DNA of 64,000 nucleotides. It comes from Octopus sinensis (taxonomy: Eukaryota). Position numbers and translations under genes: made by a program. The notes beneath the pieces are model-generated. The model worked only from the letters and a program-made list of their open reading frames with translations. It was not told where the DNA came from and did no database searches. The stretch is from NCBI RefSeq assembly GCF_006345805.1, contig NC_042998.1, forward strand, positions 111,042,001-111,106,000, read 5' to 3'. Below, one piece after another: positions 52,984-64,000 of this stretch (position 1 is its first letter; every line of letters starts with the position of its first letter).

Positions 52984-53491
52984 TAAGAGAGAGAGATACA
53001 GATATATAAAAAGTGTTAAATGCTTATGATATACAGATTAGTAGCTCCAGCTGAAGCAATCATATTTGATGCTCCTATAATCGAATTGTTTACGACGCGA
53101 CCCCAATAATCATCGAAATCGATAAATGCCGTTCAGCACTTGTTTAATCTACAAAGAAATAAGCGAGGTTGACATGTTTGCATGTGTACACGTAGTAGTA
53201 TAATTGCATTACCTTTTACAAAGAAAGGTTGATAATAACTTTGATGATCCAGGTTCCTCACCTTTATCAGACTGCCTGGTGAAAGCAAGTAAGCTGAAAC
53301 CTTGAAATCACTGTCTCCTATTTCCTTTTCCCACTTAGTCAATATGTACCTTATAATATGTTGAGTAAAAACTTAGTTTAATGTCAAATCGTTTTTCATA
53401 AATGCTTTGACGTAAAAACAAATATATATATTGATATGTGTGTGTGATTGTGTGTGTAGTGATATATATATGTATATATGTATATATATAT

Positions 53492-53560
<69 letters not shown>

Positions 53561-56500
53561 CGTACATACATATACTTATATATACACATATATGTGTATG
53601 TATATGTATATATATGCATACATACATACATATATATATATGTGTCTGTGTGTGTGTAGCATTCGTCCTCTAAAGCATTCTTTATCTTCTGAGCTCATCA
53701 TTACGATGTGTATAAGTACTTGCCCTGTCGTGAGATAAGTTACTCGGCAATTTGTATCGTTATAATAAATCAGTGGATAACGATTTCCGATCTGCATTAT
53801 TTTTAATATCTACAGTTTAAGAGTTATTTGAAACCATTAAGCTTTATGGCCGAATATATTCCGAAGTTCTTACAACCATTGTTAAAATTTCACTTTCTAC
53901 TTATCTATTGATTAATTAATTTGAAGCAGAATAAGGCGAAATCTTTCAGTTAGAGCAAGATGAAGCTCTAGATAGTGACACACAGTGCCGCATGATTTGG
54001 TCAGATGTAATACTTCAATTAGGTTTCACAATATATCACACCTTAGACTAAATACAGTTAGGTTTAAAGTAGATCAATCAATGTAAGTTACTGTCCTCTG
54101 TATTACATATGTTGGAGCTGTTTAAACTAAGTAATTTTCCGCGTCTGTCAAAAACAAAAAAGAAAAATAGAGAAAATATTTTAAAAAATAAGAATTGACT
54201 TTTGAAACACCAAAAGACAAATTATATTCAATAGTGTTTATTAATGTGCAAACAGCAGACAAAATGAAACAACTGGTCTCGCCATCGTAAACATTGTTCG
54301 AATGATTATATTTGATTGTTTTCTACAAAATACATCAAATCTAATCTATAAAATCCTCAAAACTTTTGATGACAGCTGAGGTCGATTTTCGTTAATGGTT
54401 ACTTTGAGGAGTCAATATCGAGAGACCAGATTTTTACACATTTACATACTTTAGAAGTTGAAATCTGATTTAGTTAATATGTTCAATATCTTTATCCGAA
54501 CACTGCAAAAGGATATTCCCAGTGTTTGGCAGTGTGACAAACGTAAAATATTTTAAATTGTCGTCAATTCCCAAACTAAAAAATTGTAATGTTCAGTTTT
54601 ATGCAAATATAACAGATATCAGTAAAGTATAATCAGAATAAATAATTTATTGAAATTGTTTATTTTGAACTGAAATCTTAAAAGAAATTTATAAAATTGT
54701 CACTCGCATTTAATATGTGTTACACGTTGGTGTAAATCTTTTCCTTTGCGATTGTTTTCCTTGCAATAGGCCTATAATCATTCATTATGCTAAATAGGTT
54801 TGTTTCTTAGTCATGAATATACATACAACACTGAAACCTACTTTCCTCTCCTATTTATATAGAAAAATATTTTTAAAAATACAATTACTTAAAACCTGAA
54901 TCAGAGTTACTGACGAGATAATTACATACAATTATGAAAGTAGTAAGTCAGTATCGAAAGAAATCTATATAACAGCAAGGTTACATGATAGCATCTCAAA
55001 AACAAAAAGGTCAATATCTTTATTCTTTTTTACAAAGGCCCATGCAATATTTGGTTGTCATTACAGCTTAATATACCAACAGAATGAAGTGCTTTAAGTG
55101 TAGATAATGTTTGTGATTCGGAACAAGAATGTTGCATATTCAAAATAACAAAATAATTCGTGTTCCCGAAATAGAAAATATTTTGTGCGATTAATTGTCA
55201 CCCATACTGTACTTGCCCTAGCATCCATTCAGATTTCCATTCCTTGCCATGCTTTATTTTTTCAACAGCTTTAACCCTACGACTCTTCATGTAGAACATT
55301 AACCGCATCAATTTCGCAGGATATGAAGGATGTTCTCAAAGAATGAATAACTTCTTTTATTTCAAACCAAACTAATACAGAAAATAAATGCTGTACAGCT
55401 AGATAAGTCTGAGACATTCGTAATAGGTACCAGAACATAAAAAAACTAAATTGGTAAGATATTCGTCTGAACTCTAGGCATTTCTTCACGGAGATTAACA
55501 TTTTAGGATAGTGTCATCATTAAAATGTATATAACTTTTGAAATTACTGTTATTTTTGTTCTTAATGTTTTGTGATACGTGTGTTCTTGCAAACAAATTC
55601 TTAAAAGCATTGCAGCCATATTTGGCTAATCTTTTGGAAAGTATCTTAGAGTATATAATCTAATATATCTTTTAATGTTTAAGGCATTAGAATGTGATAT
55701 GAAATAGAATTGACAGTTAATTATAGCCGGTCTAGCAAAGCGAACGTGCAGCGGTTCCCTCAACCAATTGCAGATATACTGTTCTCATAAACGGTTCCTT
55801 GATGTCTCAAGTTAATTATTGAAGAACGATTAACAATTCTCAAACGCAGTCAATAAATTAGAAAATAATTATTCGAAGTTCGTTATTCGAATATAGATAC
55901 TGAATGAAATTCCCAGCATGATGGCCTACCGACTGAGAATTAACATTGCTATCTAATCAGCAATGTTGTACTGAACCGATGGCCACATTAGTTAACTTTC
56001 ACCATTTTATAGTATGTTTCTAAAAGTCTATTCCCGTCACTCAGTATCTTTCTATGTGCAAAACCTACACAGTTCACTAAGATAAAACGACATGAATATA
56101 ACAAATTTCATTAGTCCCTCTTCTGAATACATGATCGCTGATATTCAAACTATTTATTTATTAATGTAATCTATGACTGTTTTTCCCAGTGAGATTTCCT
56201 ACATTAAAAAAAAAACTGAGTGAAATGCCGCTGGGTTATGGTTGCGCGTGTGACTATGAGTAGATACTCTTCTTCACACATTACATGTTAAGAAACCCAA
56301 TCCTAGTTTTAAATTTGTATTCTACGTTAACATTAGTACTGTGAATGAAAGTTGAGTTATGGAAATTTCGTGGAAGACAAAGCCGGGGCTGCTTTTGATC
56401 TTTCGTTGAACACTTAACACAACCATCTGGCGCAGAGAAGCTTTCAGACGACACCGGTCAATTGCAAATATTCAGGTCACGTCTGAGAACAACAAGCCGC

Positions 56501-57170
56501 TTTTCAAAAATCTTGGAAATCCTGGAGAGTCCCATGGGTACTATTCTTCCTCTGATTAATCCATGAAACTATACATAAAAAGTCATATAAAACACTAAAG
56601 ACTGAATACTGTCAACTAATTTAATAACATTAGGTAAAACTTTATTTGTTAAACTTTTAACTTAGAAGGAGAAACAGGGTCGTGACCCTTTGTGAATCTA
56701 AACATTACAGGAAACTTATTTAACTTTTTGCACTTGTAGCTGTCTTCAAAAGCGACTTGATGTAGCATTTGGTTGAATCCAAAACGATTACATCGTAGAC
56801 AGAATATTCTCTTCATTTCTTAACACACGAAACTATTAAATTCACTTAAAATGAATTTCATGAGGCATCAAATCTTTCGTCGTGTAACAGCAACCCGATC
56901 ACTGACAGATTCGTATAACTGCAAGTAACACCATGGATCTGAGGGTACTATATGTATGTGTGTGTGTGTGTGTGTCTGTCTGTCTGTGTCTGTGCGTACG
57001 CGCACATGCGTGCGTCTGTGTGTATGTTCGATCTTACTTTCACGGCGGTGAAGGTATTGGTCGCCCACAAAACGAACGCTCTATATCAGCCCTTTAATGC
57101 GAGAGATTTCAAGAAACACAAAAGGGAATGGGAATGTTGGGAAATCGATTTTCAGGATTCGTCTCATTTG

Positions 57171-57640
57171 TATTGTCTTGAGAGAAGAGGTTTGCAATAT
57201 TTTAGTAACTTATTTGCTTTATTCATCAACTGAAAACAAAAGCAGCAAGCCATCATGTTGTACCACCTGAAGCCACCTTTTCTGCCAATTCTTTGATCCC
57301 AGACTGACACCAGTTCTCGCCTATCGCGGCGAAGAACTTCTGTACTTAAGCTTCCACCTCTTCTTAACAGTATGGAGCACAGGGCGTGAGCTAGGGATCG
57401 GAACAAGTAATAAACCGAAGGAGATAATTTTCCTAACGTGCGTAAGTAGTGGCTAAGCGATGGTCAGCGTCCAGATCCTGTCGCCGAACATAGGTGTTTC
57501 GAACAGAATGTGATGCTCTACTTCTACTTCTGGTAGAATTATGAGGAGATAATTTACTTCCTATTCGCTTCGGACGAACATCTGGTACGGATCTATGCCA
57601 TTGAGCTGCAAATATACCCAAAATTGGTTAGCAGAGAGCT
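57171..57640 (-). mobile_element. Mariner 3' fragment with TIR
   Basis: Broken LSPSVYYLFRSLAHAL...EVEA.VQKFFA...GIKELAE resembles the mariner C-terminus (YSPDLAPSDYHLFRS). Confidence 0.75.
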
Positions 57641-57649
57641 AGCCGTTCT

Positions 57650-58009
57650 GCAGCAAGATAATGAATGACCTGATACCACACGAACAACACGGAATAACCT
57701 CCAGAGACTTGAGAGAAGAGAAATGATGCATATATTCCGAACCTAGCTTCCTCGGATTAATACGTGTTCCGATGCATGGCCTACTTCCTGCGCTTGCGAC
57801 GCTTCATTAATCAAGCGGTGGTGGATGCTTCAGTGAATAAGTTCTTCGCCTTGAATCAGAGAGGAATCAAAGAACTGGCAGAAAGGTAGCTTCAGAGGAT
57901 ACAACGCAATGGCTTCGAGGTAGAATACTAGGCTTTTCTTTTTTGCAACTAGTTGAATAAAGCAAATAAGTTACCAAAAGATTGCAAAACGTTTTGCGGC
58001 AACACAATA
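57650..58009 (+). mobile_element. Mariner 3' fragment with TIR
   Basis: CCGAACCTAGCTTCCTCGGAT...VFRCMAYFLRLRRF.NQAVVDASVNKFFA...RGIKELAER; ends TTGCGGCAACACAATA. Confidence 0.8.
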
Positions 58010-59149
58010 TTTATTGACTCCCGAATAGATGACGGGTAAAGTTGACACACAGAGCAAATAAATTGTCCAAAGCATTCTGTCTAACTCTATAACGATTGTA
58101 TATGTCTGTATAGATATGGTGATAGAACTATATATAACTAGATGAAGTGTCCTGAATTCATGTCCCACAAACGAATCTATATTGTAAGAATGATATTCAA
58201 AACTGAAAAGGCCAAACTCCAACCTACCAGAAGTAAATAGTTACCTGCATCACTATACCTTTGATGGATGTATATGCATGTATAAAATCGCTTTTAGTTC
58301 ATTTCTCTTCCATCTACATCGTATTGTAAAGAGACTAAAGCTCGGTATTAATCTATGCATGAAATTATTGATTACCTTCTGCTTACGTTACTTTAGATGC
58401 ATTCATATATAAAATGGCAAAGTACCAAATTTATGTGCCTTCATAGATATGAAATTCTGACTTTCATATTAACCTCGTAAAATTATAGCTGTGCAGGGTT
58501 GCACCCACACTTCATATGAAATAGAAGCTTTATTTAAAATATTCTTTCGGAGTTCAACTGATTTAAAATAGCGGAATTCCAGACAAAACTCTCGCTAGTA
58601 TATTAAGGGCATTATGGAGCATTTAAAATTGAATATTGCCAACGGAGTTAATATCATATGTCAAACATCATTTACCTTAAAGAAGCAATTTATAACATTT
58701 AAATTATAAGATGTGACAGGTTTCTCATTCTTTCCCAAATACCTTTTCTCGAAAGGATATTAACATTTATATTCAGGCTTACATTGTATACAATATATAT
58801 ATATATCCTTATTGTTAGAATGAAAAACGAGTATGCTTCATCAATAACACATACTAAGCATGCATAAGAAAAGCGCGAGACTCTAGTACAACTTACATCA
58901 ACATAAATCATATAACTTGTACCTATTTAGTTCATAGTATAAATTCCACAAACAAAAACGGTCATTCGTTGATGTCGCATTTTAATTTTGTAAAAAATCA
59001 GATTTCACTAATATCTTTCTTTCTTTAACTAACCTCTTTCATTTCTTTAGTTTTTATTTGCCACGGAAGCGCGCACACATACACCCAAACATGCAAACTC
59101 ACACATAAGCACGGCGCATGCTTGCACGCACACACACACACACAGACAC

Positions 59150-60170
59150 AGAAGTGGTGTGACATTTTTGAGGACACTTAGCTAATCAGTACCTTACTTT
59201 CAGATCCCCGATGGGGAGATAACATGCTAACAGAAGAAATAAAATTATATTGCTCTACGTGTGGCACATAACGATTCAGAAATTGCCGTCGCAAGATATT
59301 ATGCACACAAAGTGCCGATAAATTGGAAGCCTTTACAGGATTGTTTTATCGGAATCAATGACATAACTCATTCTAAACCGCCGGACACAATACGTGTACC
59401 GTAATTTATCCAGCAGAATCAAAACATCGGGAACGATCCCGGAAAATCAATGATATTCCTCGCAAAAAAATCGTCAAGTACCAAGTTACAGAAATGTGGT
59501 GTAAAAAAATATTCGACACAATTCGTATGTCCTGAAGAGAGGTCAATTTGTCTGTAACGACATTAGGAAGCGAGTATTCAACAAGGTGGAAAACCCTCAC
59601 AAATATGGCATGCTTGGTTCTTTTCTGATGAGAATACAAATCTTTGGCTAAGACCAAAAGTCTAACAGAAAGGTATGTGCAGATCCGTCCGTGATGAGTA
59701 ACGGTTATGTTGTGCGCCCGGAGACTCTTCCAATTAATGCTGCTAGATACATTTATGTGCTGGATATATTTTTGTTAAGCTCTGGAGGGATGAAGTATGC
59801 AGTGGAAGGTCATATATGTTTCAGTAAGAGACAGCACCTTCTCATAATTTCCTCGTAATCTAACAATGTATGTCACACAAGATTAACGATCATGTTACAC
59901 CAAACTTGCAACCCGACACTGGCCCGATTTAAATCCCATAGATTACTACGTTGTTGAAACAAAGACTAAACGACATACGCATACTAACATAGCTTCGCTG
60001 AAGGATAATACTGTCCAGGTGATAATGTGCAGAATTAATGGAGAACATTTAGTAAAAACAGGTAAATAATTCCGGTCCTACATTAAAGTTTTGACCGAAG
60101 TTGGAAGTGAATTTATAGAATAATATTATTAGAAAGCTTTATAGAAATGTGTACAATTTTTATTAGAGTG
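59150..60170 (+). mobile_element. Highly degenerate maT/DD37D-like transposon
   Basis: Remnants DPGKSM, CADPS, QPDTGPDLNPIDYYV, SLKD. Confidence 0.7.
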
Positions 60171-61114
60171 TATTTTTTGTTTCTTTTTTGTTTTTGTTTT
60201 TCTTTTTGCTATAATATCATTGTTTTATAAACAGTATAGTATAGTTTTTGTTTCTTATATAACTTGTGATGTTACCGGGCTTGTTTGGCGTTTCGCTTCT
60301 TTAAACACTTAGACATTCTTAATCTTGTCATCTACTCGAGGTTGATCGAGCTTGTGTTCAGTGAAGAACAGAGTGACACGCACACACATGCATGTGTGTG
60401 TGCATGTATGTGTATGTATGTGTCTGTGTAATATGGAAGCTGATGACCCATTTCATCAGTACTTCGATAACTGCGTTCAGACAAAAGTATGATCGTCATT
60501 TGTAACCTGAACAAAGACACAATACGAGAAGCTTGAAGAAGCGAAAGAATAAATCCTCAACCTGAACACTAAAACACATAACCATGCGCATACTCACTGT
60601 GAAGTAAAAACAAAAGAGGATATAGAAACTGAGTTGGTGAAAGGAATTCCGAAACAGATCGATCGTCATTCAGCAATGTAAATGTATTACCGAAAAAGAA
60701 AACCTATTCCTCTTGTGGTAAAGAGATACAGCTTCGCTATCACTGGTACTTTACTGTCCTGCTTTCTTATAACCAAATCACCTGATTCAACTACTCATAT
60801 TCACGAAAATTGTTTTTTTGTTTGTTTTTCTTTCCACAACAGTTGTGTGTATATGACCAGTTTTGCCATTGCATGTTTTTTGCTACTGTAGCTTCTTGGT
60901 TGGTTTAACTGCGTGTCAACTCCTAGAATTCTAGTCAAGGCTTTCCAGTTATGATGTGATGTTTCCTTTCTTTCAAATATATTTTATATAAATACACGTT
61001 GTCCAAAAAATTATCCAGTATGACTTGCTTTTGTTAATACGGGAGGATGCCATTCTAGAGAACTATAGTAATTATTTCAATACAATCGAATAACCGCTTT
61101 AATGTTATAATCAG

Positions 61115-61178
61115 AGATCTGAGAGAGATTTCGTTAGTTATATCCAACGGCTAAAATCTCCGACAATGTTATTTAAAG
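61115..61178 (+). CDS. Possible exon (phase 0->1): RSERDFVSYIQRLKSPTMLFK
   Basis: gttataatcag|AGA...AAAG|gtattt; other two frames are closed; in frame with 62209. Confidence 0.3.
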
Positions 61179-61665
61179 GTATTTCGGTTGATATTTTCGA
61201 AAGACAAGGGACAGCATACAGTTTCTCTATTGCTATTCGTAGGAATTTTCGGCTATTATTTCTAGGAGGTCGAGCTAGCGGTTGAAGCATCCCTCGTTGG
61301 TTCAAGTAATCCATTGGAAAAAAAATATGTCAATTTATGTTTTACTTTGATGTTTGTAAAATACATCTATGTAATAAAATATATCAATATAATATTTGTT
61401 AACATAGAATAAATAAAAAAAATACTGAAACAATATGTTCGGATTTCAGTAAGAAATTATATTGTTTTATTTTCTTTCATTTTCTTCAAAAACTCGATTT
61501 TTTCTTTTATTCCTGAAAATAGCTATGTGCATGGATACATATATATCCGTATTAGCAAATCACGTTTTAGTAACAATACAAATTAAATACGCCAGATTAT
61601 ATGCGTGTCCCTGTGTATACATATATGTACATCTCTCTGTCTTTCTCTCTTTTTCTCTCTCTCTC

Positions 61666-61696
<31 letters not shown>

Positions 61697-62208
61697 ATCT
61701 GTGTGTGCGTGTTTGTGTGTGTGTGCATGTATGTGTGTGTGTTTTAAATTGGATTAATATAGTTTTTATATAGATAGCGAACAGAAAGCAATATACATTT
61801 CATTTTGTTTATCCACTACGTGGTTTGGAATATATCAAGTTCCACAGAAAAGTAGAGGGTAAAGGGTGATGTTTGTAATAGTATGTGTAAATAATAAACA
61901 TATTCGATGCGCAACGGAAATGTTCGAATGTATTTTGTTTTTGGGAAAATGCCAAATGGTTGATAAAAATAAAATTACAAATGCAACGTGTTTAATACAT
62001 TACAATGTCTGTTGGATAAACATAGAAAAATAACACTGAAACAAAAAGGAAGTATATGAGAGAACAAAGAGACATGGAACTGCTGACTGTCAAGTAGCGC
62101 CTATTAGCAAGAGGGAAATCACGATTTATAATTTTGGGAGGCGCTTAAACTAAGCTAACAATCTGAATTTATAAACTTAGCGCCAAAGCTCAATATGGTT
62201 TCTCATAG

Positions 62209-62261
62209 GTGAACAACAACCCATGGAATTGCTAGCAAAGAGCCAATCGACGACACGCTGA
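62209..62261 (+). CDS. Possible last coding exon: (G)EQQPMELLAKSQSTTR*
   Basis: ggtttctcatag|GT; phase-compatible with 61178. Confidence 0.22.
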
Positions 62262-62400
62262 GTGAGAAATTATGCATTCAGTCACTCCTATCAGCAAAAC
62301 AGAAGTTGATCTAATGACGTTATTACAATTAATTCAGCATGACATTGGGAGAAATTTGGCTAGCGACATCATACAGCGTATCCAATCGTTTTAGATAAGT

Positions 62401-62562
62401 ATTCTTTTATTCTTTTACTTGCTTCAGTCATTTGACTGCGGAAATGCTGGAGCACTGCCTTGAAGGGTTTTAGTCCCCAGGACTTATTCTCTGTAAGTCT
62501 AGTACTTATTCTATCGGACCTTTTGCCGATAGTACTTATTCTATCGGACCTTCTGCCGATAG
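62401..62562 (-). mobile_element. Family 1 SINE tail fragment with internal ~30 bp tandem duplication
   Basis: Matches 327-470; TAGTACTTATTCTATCGGACCTT(T/C)TGCCGA occurs twice. Confidence 0.88.
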
Positions 62563-62574
62563 AATACAGCCATG

Positions 62575-63520
62575 ATGCGATTTTGTAGTTTTCACTTAGA
62601 TCATTGAAGAGGAATTTGCATATTTCGGGAACAGATGACACTTCGAGTACAAAATCTAGCCTAACTCGAATCACATTCCTCGGTGAGTCAGAGAACATGC
62701 ATTGATCGGAACCGATGTTGCTTATTTAAGTTTGCGAAAGTTGCATCTCAAGAATTTCGTACCTTCATGTTTCTCTTTAGACTCAACTCTGTCACAAACC
62801 TCCAGGTGTACGAAGTTTTCAAGGTGGTTTGCACTATTTGGGCTCGACTACCACGTTCAACAACAGGTGGAGTTTGCTTCCAATCGCCTACAGAAAGAAC
62901 ACATACTTCTTCAAACAAAGTTTCGTTCGCTCTGATATCGCGTAGGAAACTATCCAGGCATTCCTATATGAGCTTGTCTCCTTGGCTGACTTCTTCGACA
63001 ATTATTAGACTGGTCATTCTGAAGAGTTGCGCAGTTGCATCCTGAGGTGACATATTGCAGCAGAACTCTGGTGTTTTGTTTATGGGCACTTCGAACCGAG
63101 AATGAAATGTCCAGCCATTGGGCAGTAATATTGCCGCAATCCAAGATAGAGCTGTGGCGTGTACGATTTTTTTCTCCGCTACTTTTATTAGAAGTTATCT
63201 CCCCTTACTTCATATTTAATTTTTTTTTGTACTTGCTCAAACTGAACAATTACCTTTACTATCCACTGAATCATAATACTTTTTCACATTTATTTTCGTT
63301 AAAAACCTGCCTGATTAGCTCCTTCGTAATCCCGAAAAATCTCGTGACCATTGGTCCAACCGTTTGACCATCAGGAGGTTACAGACATACATCGGACATT
63401 ACGCCTATTAAAGTATGATGCGCGTGCGTAGTGCGGTGTCGACAGCTGTTGAAGAATATGACAATAGTAATGTGCTTTCCTTTCTGTCGTAATTTTGCAG
63501 TCATCCTTTTGCGCTCCGTT
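62575..63520 (-). mobile_element. Helitron RepHel PIF1-like helicase pseudogene fragment
   Basis: Minus frame: ATALSWIAAILLPNGWTFHSRFEVPIN...LIIVEEVSQGDKLI*ECLDSFLRDIR...FEEVCVLSVGDWKQTPPVV...LKRNMKV, matching PIF1 motifs Ia-III of Helitron helicases. Confidence 0.92.
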
Positions 63521-64000
63521 TTATAGAAGTGGTTTTGAGTGTGCGTTAAGTACGTGTGCGTGTGTGTGTATGTGTGCGTGCGTTCGTGCACCTGGGGTGG
63601 AAATTCGTTAACAATTTCCACTCATGTGGAAATTTCAAAACAATAAGGAATTCGGTGTGTAAAATATTCTCTGCACCACCTTAAAGTTCATTAGATCTTT
63701 ACATTTATTTCTCTTGTTTCTTTTTTTTTTGCAAATTGTTATTGGTTATAAACGTGCAATTTTGGGCATATAAGACATATCAGATAGCAACCAAATAATA
63801 CCAAACGAGAGCTAAAAGAGTGAGCAATAAATATACACAGCTGTCCTTGACGGTAACAAATTTCAGGACTGTCCGTACTTGGCATGTAAATTCATTTGAA
63901 AATCTACACTTGTGAATTTACATTTAGTTTTGTTTCAAAATTTCCTTCAAGTCCTACTCAATTGTGATTGTTTCATGGTTTTTGTTTTGCTTCTCCCACC

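Noticed and set aside
57250-57640. Gypsy RNase H/integrase fragment
   Set aside because: Closer reading gave mariner C-terminal motifs and a mariner TIR mirrored at 57980-58009.

Overview
Very AT-rich, microsatellite-saturated eukaryotic DNA with no long intact ORF. The SINE families and the (TA)n/(CA)n/(TATG)n load resemble an octopod cephalopod genome (inference from recalled repeat families, not a database match). Most of the window is intron-like and filled with mobile-element relics: three tRNA-headed SINE families, Penelope-like (PLE) GIY-YIG fragments with pseudo-LTR arms and hammerhead-ribozyme motifs, Tc1/mariner and maT (DD37D-like) fragments, a CR1/Jockey-like LINE relic, a complete non-autonomous Helitron and a Helitron PIF1-helicase fragment. 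Small phase-compatible + strand exons (best: 7169-7208, 7432-7505, 10419-10546, 16522-16587; weaker ones at 50-53 kb and 61-62 kb) suggest a spliced host gene I could not identify. The most interesting signal is a recurring architecture: endonuclease-only PLE modules bracketed by inverted arms that carry minimal hammerhead motifs. One has a tRNA-derived Pol III promoter between the endonuclease stop codon and a hammerhead-like arm (37512-38345), and one family has a non-canonical hammerhead core (CUGUNGA). All alignments and folds were done by eye, so element boundaries are approximate.
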